From the NCBI RefSeq assembly GCF_009914755.1, contig NC_060933.1: 64,000 nucleotides of DNA; one strand, written 5' to 3'. Positions 43,833 to 56,339 of the stretch are shown here, in pieces. Under the pieces are notes generated by a model. The model saw only the letters and a program-made list of their open reading frames with translations, was not told where the DNA came from and ran no database searches. This DNA is from the human T2T-CHM13v2.0 reference genome, Homo sapiens. The position numbers and the translations under genes are program-made. Position 1 is the first letter of the stretch. Every line of letters starts with the position of its first letter.

Positions 43833-46800
43833 ATTCCATTCCATTCCATTTCAGTCCATTCCATTGCACTCGGGTTGATTCCATTCCATTCCATTCCATT
43901 GCATTCCATTCCATTCCATTCCGGATGATTCCATTCCATTGCATTCCATTCCATTCCATTCCCCTGCACTCGGGTTGATTCCATTCCATTCCATTACATA
44001 ACATTCCGTTCCATTCCATTCCATTCCTTACGGATTGATTCTCTTCAATTCCCTTACACTCCATTCCATTCCATTCCATTCGGGTAGTTTCCATTCCATT
44101 CCATTCCATTCCTTTCCATTCCATTGCACTCGGGTTGATTCCATTCCATTCCATTCCATTCCATTCCATCCCATTACATTACATTACATTCCGTTCCATT
44201 GTACTCGGGTTGATTCCATTCCATTGCATTCCATTCCATTCCATTCCATTCCATTCCGTTCCATTCCATTACATTCGGATTGATTCTATTGAACTCCCTT
44301 ACTCTCCATTACATTCCATTCCATTCGGGTTGTTCTATTCCATTCCATTCCGTTCCACTCCATTCCATTGCACGCGGGTTGATTCCATTCCATTCCATTC
44401 CATTCCATTCCATTCCAGTCCATTCCATTCCGGATGATTCCATTCCATTGCATTCCGTTCCATTACATTCCCCTGCACTCGGGTTGATTCCATTCCATTC
44501 CATTCCATTCCATTCCAATTCTTTCCATTCCATTCTATTCCGTACCATGCCATTCCATTCCATACAATTCCATTCCATTCCATTCCACTCCGTTCCGTTC
44601 CGTTCCGTTCCGTTCGGTTCCATTCCATTCCATTCCATTCTATTCGGTTTAATTCCATTCCATTCCATTCCATTCCATTCTATTCTATTCCATAGCAATC
44701 GAGTTGAATCCATTGCATTCCATTCCATTCCATTCCATTCCATTCAATTCCGGAAGATTCCATTCCATTGCATTCCATTCCATTCCATTCCATTCCATTC
44801 CATTCCATTCCATTCCATTCCATTGTACTCGGGTTGATTCCATTCCATTGCATTCCTTTCAATTCCATTCCATTCCATTCCGTTCCATTCCATTCCATTA
44901 CATTCGGATTGATTCTTTTCAACTCCCTTACTCTCCATTACATTCCATTCCATTCGGGTTGTTCCATTCCATTCCATTCCATTCCACTCCATTCCATTGC
45001 ACTCGGGTTGATTCCATTCCATTCCATTCCATTCCATTCCGGATAATTCCATTCCATTGCATTCCGTTCCATTACATTCCCCTGCACTCGGGTTGATTCC
45101 ATTCCATTCCATTCCATTCCATTCCATTCCATTCCATTCCCCTGCACTCGCGTTGATTACATTCCATTCCATTCCATTCCATTCCTTTCCATTCCAGTCC
45201 TTTCCATTCCATTCCGTTAGGGTTGATTCCATTCTATTAGTTTCCATTCCATTCCATTCCCTTCCATTCTACTCTGGATGATTCCATTCCTTTCAATTCC
45301 ACTCGAATACATTCCCTCCTATTCCACTCGGAACGATTCCATTCCATTCCATTCCATTCCATTCCATTCCATTCCATTCCATTCCATTCCATTTCGTTCC
45401 ATTCCATTCTATTCCGTATCATTCCATTCCATTCCATTCCATTCCATTCCATTCCATTCCATTCGTGTTGATTCCATTCCTTTCCATTCCATTCGGTTTG
45501 AAGGCATTCCAATCCATTCCATTCCCTTCCATTCCATTCCATTCCATTCCATTCCATTGTACTCGGGTTGATTCCATTCCATTGCATTCCATTCCATTCC
45601 ATTCCATTCCATTCCATTCCGTTGCATTTTATTCCATTACATTCAGATTGATTCTATTCAACTCCCTTACTCTCCATTACATTCCATTCCATTCGGGTTG
45701 TTCCATTCCATTCCATTCCATTCCACTCCATTCCATTGCACTCGGGTTGATTCCATTCCATTCCATTCCATTCCATTCCATTCCATTCCATTCCATTCCG
45801 GATGATTCCATTCCATTGCATTCCGTTCCATTACATTCCCCTGCACTCGCGTTGATTCCATTCCATTCCATTCCATTCTATTCCATTCCATTACAATTCG
45901 TTCCATTCCATTCTATTCCGTTCCATTCCATTCCATTCCATTCCATTCCATTCCGTTCCGTTCCATTCCATTGCATTCCATTCTATTCGCGTTAATTCCA
46001 TTCCATTCCATTCGATTGCAATCGAGTTGATTCCATTCCATTCCATTCCATTCCATTCCATTCCATTCCATTCCTTTCCATTCCGTTACGGATGATTCCA
46101 TTCCATTGCATTCCATTCCATTCCATTCCCCTGTACTCGGGTTGATTCCATTCCATTCCATTCCAATCCATGCCATTCCACTCGTGTTGATTCCATTCTT
46201 TCCATTCCATTCAAGTTGAATCCATTCCATTGCATTCCATTCCATTCGATTCCATTCGATTGCACTCGCGTTGATTCCATTCCATTGCATTCCATTCCAT
46301 TCCATTCCATTCCATTCCATTCCGTTCCATTCCATTCCATTACATTCGGATTCATTCTATTCAATTCCCTTACACTCCATTACATTCCATTCCATTCTGG
46401 TAGTTTCCATTCCATTCCATTCCATTCCTCTCCATTCCATTGCACTCGGGTTGATTCCATTCCATTGCATTCCATTCCATTCCATTCAATTCCATTCCGT
46501 TCCATTCCATTCCATTACATTCGGATTGATTCTATTCAACTCCCTTACTCTCCATTACATTCCATTCCATTCGGGTTGTTCCATTCCATTCCATTCCATT
46601 CCACTCCATTCCATTGCACTCGGGTTTATTCCATTCCATTCCATTCCATTCCATTCCATTCCATTCCATTCCATTCTATTCCGGAAGATTCCATTCCATT
46701 GCGTTCCATTCCATTCCATTCCCCTGCACTCGCGTTGATTCCATTCCATTCCATTCCATTCCATTCCATTCCATTCCGTTCCGTTCCATTCCATTCCATT

Positions 46801-49800
46801 CCATTCCATTCCATTCCGTTTCGTTCCGTTCCGTTCCATTCCATTCTATTCCATTCTATTCGGGTTAATTCCATTCCATTCCATTCGACTGTAATGGAGT
46901 TGATTCCATTCCATTCCATTCCTTTCCATTCCATTCCATTCCATTCCATTCTTTTCCATTCCTTTACGGATGATTCCATTCCATTGCATTCCATTCCATT
47001 CCATTCCACTGTACTCGGGTTGATTCCATTCCATTCCATTCGAATCCACGCCATTCCACTCGTGTTGATTCCATTCTTTCCATTCCATTCAAGTTGAATC
47101 CATTCCATTGCATTCCATTCCATTCCATTCCCCTGCAGTCAGGTTGATTCCATTCCATTCCATTCCATTCCATTGCATTCCGTTCCGTTCCGTTGCGTTC
47201 CATTCCATTCCATTCCATTCCATTCTATTCGGGTTAATTCCATTCCATTGCATTCCATTCCATTCCATTCCATTCCAATCGAGTTGATTCCATTCCATTC
47301 CATTCCATTCCATTCCACTCCATTCCAGTCTTTTCCATTCCATTCCACTCGGGTTGATTCCAATGTATTCCTTTCCATTCCATTCCATTCCATTGCAATC
47401 GAGTTGATTCCATTGCTTTGCATGCCATTCCATTCCATTCCATTCCGGATGATTCCATTCCATTGCATTCCATTCCATTCCATTCCCCTGCACTCGGGTT
47501 GATTCCATTCCTTTCCACTCCATTCCGTTCCATTCCATTCCATTCCATTGTATTCGGGTTAATTCCATTCCATTCCATTCCATTCCATTCCATTCCATCA
47601 CAATCGAGTTGGTTCCATTCCATTCCATTCCATTCCATTCCATTCCATTCCATTCCGGATGATTCCATTCCATTACATTCCGTTCCATTACATTCCCCTG
47701 CACTCGGGTTGATTCCATTCCATTCCATTCCATTCCATTCGATTCCATTCCATTCCAATTCTTTCCATTCCATTCTATTCCGTACCATTCCATTCCATTC
47801 CATACCATTCCATTCCACTCCATTCCATTCCATTCCGTTCCGTTCCGTTCCGTTCCGTTCCATTCCATTCCATTCCATTTTATTCGGGTTAATTCCATTC
47901 CATTCCATTCCATTCCATTCCATTCCATTCTATTCCATTCCATTGCAATCGAGTTGAATCCATTGCATTCCATTCCATTCCATTCCGGAAGATTCCAGTC
48001 CATTGCATTCCATTCCATTCCAGTTCCCTGCACTCGCGTTGATTCCATTCCATTCCATTCCATTCCATTCCATTCCATTCCGTTCCGTTCCATTCCATTC
48101 CATTCCATTCCGTTCCGTTCCCTTCCGTTCCATTCCATTCCATTCTATTCCGGTTAATTCCATTCCATTCCATTCGATGGCAATCCAGTTGATTCCATTC
48201 CATTCCATTCCATTCCATTCCTTTCCATTCCATTACGGATGATTCCATTCCATTACATTACATTCCATTCCATTCCCCTGTACTCGGGTTGATTCCATTC
48301 CATTCCATTCCATTCCATTCTATTCCATTCCATTCCATTCCATTCCGGAAGATTCCATTCCATTGCATTCCATTCCATTGCATTCCATTCCATTCCATTC
48401 CATTCCATTCCGTTCCATTCCATTCCATTACATTCGGATTGATTCTATTCAATTCCCTTACACTCCATTATATTCCATTCCATTCGGGTAGTTTCCATTC
48501 CATTCCATTCCATTCCTCTCCATTCCATTGCACTCGGGTTGATTCCATTCCATTGCATTGCATTCCAATCCATTCCCCTGTACTCGGGTTGATTCCATTC
48601 CATTCCATTCCAATCCATGCCATTCCACTCGTGTTGATTCCATTCTTTCCATTCCATTCAAGTTGAATCCATTCCATTGCATTCCATTCCATTCCATTCC
48701 CCTGCAGTCGGGTTGATTCCATTGCATTCCATTCCATTCCAATCCATTCCATTCCACTCCGTTCCGTTCCATTCCATTCTATTCCATTCCATTATATTCG
48801 GGTTAATTCCATTCCATTCCATTCCATTCCAATCGAGTTGATTCCATTCCATTCCATTCCATTCCATTCCACTCCATTCTAGTCCTTTCCATTCCATTCC
48901 ACTCGGGTTGATTCCAATGTATTCCTTTCCATTCCATTCCATTCCATTGCAATCGAGTTGATTCCATTGCTTTGCATTCCACTCCATTCCATTCCATTCC
49001 GGATGATTCCATTCCATTGCATTCCATTCCATTCCATTCCCCTGCACTCGGGTTGATTCCATTCCATTCCACTCCATTCCGTTCCATTCCATTCCATTGC
49101 ATTGTATTCGGGTTAATTCCATTCCATTCCATTCCATTCCATTCCATTCCATCACAATCGGGTTGGTTCCATTCCATTCCATTCCATTCCGTTCCATTCC
49201 ATTCCGGATGATTCCATTCCATTACATTCCGTTCCATTACATTCCCCTGCACTCGGGTTGATTCCATTCCATTCCATTCCTTTCCATTCCATTCGATTCC
49301 ATTCCATTCCAATTCTTTCCATTCCATTCTCTTCCGTACCATTCCATTCCATTCCATACCATTCCATTCCATTCCATTCCATTCCATTCCTTTCCGTTCC
49401 ATTCCATTCCATTCCATTCTATTCGGGTTAATTCCATTCCATTCCATTCCATTCCATTCTATTCCATTCCATTGCAATCGAGTTGAATCCATTGCATTCC
49501 ATTCCATTCCATTCCATTCCATTCTGGAAGATTCCATTCCATTGCATTCCATTCCATTCCATTCCCCTGCACTCGCGTTGATTCCATTCCATTCCATTCC
49601 ATTCCATTCCGTTCCGTTCCGTTCCGTTCCATTCCATTCCATTCCTTTTATTCGGTTTAATTCCACTCCATTCCATTCCATTCCATTCCATTCCAATCAA
49701 GTTGATTCCATTCCATTCCATTCCATTCCATTCCATTCCATTCCACTCCATTCCAGTCCTTTCCATTCCATTCCACTCGGGTTGATTCCAATGTATTCCT

Positions 49801-51649
49801 TTCCATTCCATTCCATTCCATTGCAATCGAGTTGATTCCATTGCTTTGCATTCCATTCCATTCCATTCCATTCCGGATGATTCCATTCCATTGCATTGCA
49901 TTCCATTCCATTCCCCTGCACTCGGGTTGATTCCATTCCATTCCACTCCATTCCGTTCCATTCCATTCCATTCCATTGTATTCGGGTTAATTCCATTCCA
50001 TTCCATTCCATTCCATTCCATTCCATTCCATTGCATTACAATCGAGTTTATTACATTCCATTCCATTCCATTCCAGTCCTTTCCATTCCATTCCACTCGG
50101 GTTGATTCCATTCTATTAGTTTCCATTCCATTCCATTCCCTTCCATTCCACTCTGGTTGATTCCATTCCTTTCCATTCCACTCGAATACATTCCCTCCTA
50201 TTCCACTCGGAACGATTCCATTCCATTCCATTCCATTCCATTCCATTCCATTCCATTCCATTCCATTCCATTCCATTTCGTTCCATTCCATTCCATTCCG
50301 TATCATTCCATTCCATTCCATTCCATTCCATTCCATTCCATTCCATTCCATTCCATTCCATTGTACTCGGGTTGATTCAATTCCATTGCGTTCCATTCCA
50401 TTCCATTCCATTCCATTCCGTTCCATTCCATTCCATTACATTCGGATTGATTCTATTCAACACCCTTACTCTCCATTACATTCCATTCCATTCGGGTTGT
50501 TCCATTCCATTCCATTACATTCCACTCCATTCCATTGCACTCGGGTTGATTCCGTTCCATTCCATTCCATTCCATTCCATTCCATTCCATTCCATTCCGG
50601 ATGATTCCATTCCATTGCATTCCGTTCCATTACATTCCCCTGGTCTCGCGTTGATTCCATTCCATTCCATTCAATTCCATTCCATTACAATTCGTTCCAT
50701 TCCATTCTATTCCGTACCATTCCATTCCATTCCATACCATTCCATTCCATTCCTTTCCATTCCGTTCCATTCCGTTCCATTCCATTCCATTCCATTCTAT
50801 TCGAATTAATTTCATTGCATTCCATTCCATTCCATTCTATTCCATCCCATTGCAATCGAGTTGAATCCATTGCATTTCATTCCATTCCATTCCATTCCAT
50901 TCCATTCCGGAAGATTCCATTCCATTGCATTCCATTCAATTCCATTCCCCTGCACTCGCGTTGATTCCATTCCATTCCATTCCATTCCATTGCATTCCGT
51001 TCCGTTCCATTCCATTCCATTCCATTCCATTCCGTTCTGTTCCATTTCATTCCATTCCATTCTATTCGGGTTAATTCCATTCCATTCCATTCGATTGCAA
51101 TCGAGTTGATTCCATTCCATTCCATTCCATTCCATTCCATTCCATTCCATTCCATTCCTTTCCATTCCATTATGGATGATTCCATTCCATTGCATTCCAT
51201 TCCATTCCATTCCCCTGTACTGCGGTTGATTCCATTCCATTCCATTCCAATCCATGCCATTCCACTCGTGTTGATTCCATTCTTTCCATTCCATTCAAGT
51301 TGAATCCATTCCATTGCATTCCATTCCTTTCGATTTCATTCTATTGCACTCGGGTTGATTCAATTCCATTGCATTCCATTCCATTCCATTCCATTCCATT
51401 CCGTGGCATTCCATTCCATTACATTCGGATTGATTCTATTCAACTCCCTTACTCTCCATTACATTCCATTCCATTCGGGTTGTTCCATTCCATTCCATTC
51501 CATTCCACTCCATTCCATTGCACTCGGGTTGATTCCATTCCATTCCATTCCATTCCATTCCATTCCATTCCGGATGATTCCATTCCATTGCATTCCGTTC
51601 CATTACATTCCCCTGCACTCGCGTTGATTCCATTCCATTCCATTCCATT

Positions 51650-51830
51650 CCATTCAATTCCATTCCATTACAATTCGTTCCATTCCATTCTTTTCCGTAC
51701 CATTCCATTCCATTCCATACCATTCCATTCCATTCCATTCCATTCCATTCAATTCCATTCCATTACAATTCGTTCCATTCCATTCTATTCCGTACCATTC
51801 CATTCCATTCCATACCATTCCGTTCCATTC
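51650..51830 (-). repeat. 95-bp tandem duplication
   Basis: CAATTCCATTCCATTACAATTCGTTCC...CGTACC...CATACC at 51655 and 51750. Confidence 0.8.
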
Positions 51831-52809
51831 CATTCCATTTCATTCCGTTCCATTCCATTCCATTCCATTCCATTCCATTCCATTCTATTTCATTCCATTG
51901 CAATCGAGTTGAATCCATTTCATTCCATTCCATTCCATTCCATTCTGGAAGATTCCATTCCATTGCATTCCACTCCATTCCATTCCCCTGCACTCGCGTT
52001 GATTCCATTCCATTCCATTCCATTCCATCCATTCCGTTCCGTTCCGTTCCATTCCATTCCATTCCATTCCATTCCATTCCATTCCGTTCCATTCCATTCC
52101 ATTCCATTCCATTCTATTCGGGTTAATTCCATTCCATTCCATTCGATTGCAATCGAGTTGATTCCATTCCATTCCATTCCATTCCATTCCATTCCATTCC
52201 TTTCCATTCCATTACGGATGATTCCATTCCATTGCATTCCATTCCATTCCATTCCCCTGTACTCGGGTTGATTCCATTCCATTCCATTCCAATCCATGCC
52301 ATTCCACTCGTGTTGATTCCATACTTTCCATTCCATTCAAGTTGAATCCATTCCATTGCATTCCATTCCATTCGATTCCATTCGATTGCACTCGGGTTGA
52401 TTCCATTCCATTGCATTCCATTCCATTCCATTCCATTCCATTCCATTCCATTCCGTTCCATTCCATTCCATTACATTCGGATTGATTCTATTCAATTCCC
52501 TTACACTCCATTACATTCCATTCCATTCGGGTAGTTTCCATTCCATTCCATTCCATTCCATTCCATTCCATTCCATTCCATTCCATTTCGTTCCATTCCA
52601 TTCTATTCCGTATCATTCCATTCCATTCCATTCCATTCCATTCCATTCCATTCCATTCCATTGTACTCAGGTTGATTCAATTCCATTGCATTCCATTCCA
52701 TTCCATTCCATTCCATTCCATTCCGTTCTATTCCATTCCATTACATTCGGATTGATTCTATTCAACTCCCTTACTCTCCATTACATTCCATTCCATTCGG
52801 GTTGTTCCA

Positions 52810-52980
52810 TTCCATTCCATTCCATTCCACTCCATTCCATTGCACTCGGGTTGATTCCATTCCATTCCATTCCATTCCATTCCATTCCACTCCATTCCTT
52901 TGCACTCGGGTTGATTCCATACCATTCCATTCCCTTCCATTCCATTCCACTCCATTCCTTTGCACTCGGGTTGATTCCAT
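52810..52980 (-). repeat. 60-bp unit, 3 tandem copies
   Basis: TGCACTCGGGTTG at 52841, 52901, 52961; the last two share a CCTTTGCAC allele. Confidence 0.88.
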
Positions 52981-55900
52981 TCCATTCCATTCCATTCCAT
53001 TCCATTCCATTCCATTCCGGATGATTCCATTCCATTGCATTCCGTTCCATTACATTCCCCTGCACTCGCATTGATTCCATTCCATTCCATTCAATTCTGT
53101 TCCATTACAATTCGTTCCATTCCATTCTATTCCGTACCATTCTATTCCTTTCCATACCATTCCATTCCATTCCATTCCATTCCATTCCGTTCCATTCCGT
53201 TCCATTCCATTCCATTCCATTCTACTCGGATTAATTTCATTCCATTCCATTCCATTCCATTCCATTCCATTCTATTCCATTCCATTGCAATCGAGTTGAA
53301 TCCATTGCATTCCATTCCATTCCATTCCATTCCATTCCATTCCGGAAGATTCCATTCCATTGCATTCCATTCCATTCCATTCCCCTGCACTCGCGTTGAT
53401 TCCATTCCATTCCATTCCATTCCATTTCATTCCATTCCATTCCGTTCCGTTCCATTCCATTCCATTCCATTCCATTCTATTCGGGTTAATTCCATTCCAT
53501 TCCATTCGATTGCAATCGAGTTGATTCCATTCCATTCCATTCCATTCCATTCCTTTCCATTCCATTACGGATGATTCCATTCCATTGCATTCCATTCCTT
53601 TCCATTCCCCTGTACTCGGGTTGATTCCATTGCATTCCATTCCAATCCATGCCATTCCACTCGTGTTGATTCCATTCTTTCCATTCCATTCAAGTTGAAT
53701 CCATTCCATTGCATTCCATTCCATTCCATTCCTCTGCAGTCGGGTTGATTCCATTCCCTTCCATTCCATTCCATTGCATTCCATTCCAATCGAATTGATT
53801 CCATTCCATTCCATTCCATTCCATTCCATTCCACTCCATTCCAGTCTTTTCCATTCCATTCCACTCGGGTTGATTCCAATGTATTCCTTTCCATTCCATT
53901 CCATTCCATTGCATTCCGTTCCATTACATTCCCCTGCACTCGCTTTGATTCCATTCCATTCCATTCCATTCCATTCAATTCCATTCCATTACAATTCGTT
54001 CCATTCCATTCTATTCCGTACCATTCCATTCCATTCCATTCCAATCGAGTTGATTCCTTTCCATTCCATTCCATTCCATTCCACTCCATTCCAGTCCTTT
54101 CCATTCCATTCCACTCGGGGTGATTCCAATGTATTCCTTTCCATTCCATTCCATTCCATTGCAATCGAGTTGATTCCATTGCTTTGCATTCCATTCCATT
54201 CCATTCCATTCCGGATGATTCCATTCCATTGCATTCCATTCCATTCCATTCCCCTGCACTCGGGTTGATTCCATTCCATTCCACTCCATTCCGTTCCATT
54301 CCATTCCATTCCATTGTATTCGGGTTAATTCCACTCCATTCCATTCCATTCCATTCCATTCCATTCCATTACAATCGAGTTGATTCCATTCCATTCCATT
54401 CCATTCCAGTCCTTTCCATTCCATTCCACTCGGGTTGATTCCATTCTATTAGTTTCCATTCCATTCCATTCCCTTCCATTCCACTCTGGTTGCTACAATT
54501 CCTTTCCATTCCACTCGAATACATTCCCTCCTATTCCACTCGGAACGATTCCATTCCATTCCATTCCATTCCATTCCATTCCATTCCATTCCATTTCGTT
54601 CCATTCCATTCTATTCAGTATCATTCCATTCCATTCCATTCCATTCCATTCCATTCCATTCCATTCCATTGTACTCGGGTTGATTCAATTCCATTGCATT
54701 CCATTCCATTCCATTCCATTCCATTCCATTCCATTCCATTCCATTCCATTACAATTCGTTCCATTCCATTCTATTCGGTACCATTCCATTCCATTCCATA
54801 CCATTCCATTCCATTCCATTCCATTCCATTCCGTTCCATTCCGTTCCATTGCATTCCATTCCATTCTATTCGGATTAATTCCATTCCATTCCATTCCATT
54901 CCATTCCATTCCATTCCGATCCATTCCGTTCTGTTCCATTCCATTCCATTACATTCCATTCAATTCCATTCCATTCTGTTCCGTTCCATTCCATTCCATT
55001 CCATTCTATTCGGGTTAATTCCATTCCATTCCATTCGATTGCAATCGAGTTGATTCCATTCCATTCCATTGCTTTCCATTCCATTACGGATGATTCCATT
55101 CCATTGCATTCCATTCCATTCCATTCCCCTGTACTCGGGTTGATTCCATTCCATTCCAATCCAATCCATGCCATTCCACTCGTGTTGATTCCATTCTTTC
55201 CATTCCATTCAAGTTGAATCCATTCCATTGCATTCCATTCCATTCGATTCCATTCGATTGCACTCGGGTTGATTCCATTCCATTACATTCCATTGCATTC
55301 CATTCCATTCCATTCCATTCCGTTCCATTCCATTCCATTACATTCGGATTGATTCTATTCAATTCCCTTACACTCCATTACATTCCATTCCATTTGGGTA
55401 GTTTCCATTCCATTCCATTCCATTCCTCTCCATTCCATTGCACTTGGGTTGATTCGATTCCATTGCATTCCATTCCATTCCATTCAATTCCATTCCGTTC
55501 CATTCCATTCCATTACATTCGGATTGATTCTATTCAACTCCCTTACTCTCCATTACATTCCATTCCATTCGGGTTGTTCTATTCCATTCCATTCCATTCC
55601 ACTCCATTCCATTGCACTCGGGTTGATTCCATTCCATTCCATTCCAATCCATGCCATTCCACTCGTGTTGATTCCATTCTTTCCATTCCATTCAAGTTGA
55701 ATCCATTCCATTGCATTCCATTGCATTCCATTCCCCTGCAGTCGGGTTGTTTCCATTCCATTCCATTGCATTCCATTCCATTCCATTCCATTCCGTACCG
55801 TTCCGTTCCATTCCATTCCATTCCATTCTATTCGGGTTAATTCCATTTCATTCCATTCCATTCCATTCCATTCCATTACAATTCGTTCCATTCCATTCTA

Positions 55901-56339
55901 TTCCGTACCATTCCATTCCATTCCATTCCAATCGAGTTGATTCCTTTCCATTCCATTCCATTCCATTCCACTACATTCCAGTCCTTTCCATTCCATTCCA
56001 CTCGGGGTGATTCCAATGTATTCCTTTCCATTCCATTCCATTCCAATGCAATCGAGTTGATTCCATTGCTTTGCATTCCATTCCATTCCATTCCATTCCG
56101 GATGATTCCATTCCATTGCATTCCATTCCATTCCATTCCCCTGCACTCGGGTTGATTCCATTCCATTCCACTCCATTCCGTACCATTCCATTCCATTCCA
56201 TTCCATTGTGTTCGGGTTAATTCCATTCCATTCCATTCCATTACATTCCATTCCAATCGAGTTGATTCCATTCCATTTCATTCCATTCCATTCCATTCCA
56301 TTCCATTCCATTCCATTCCATTCCTTTCCATTCCATTCC

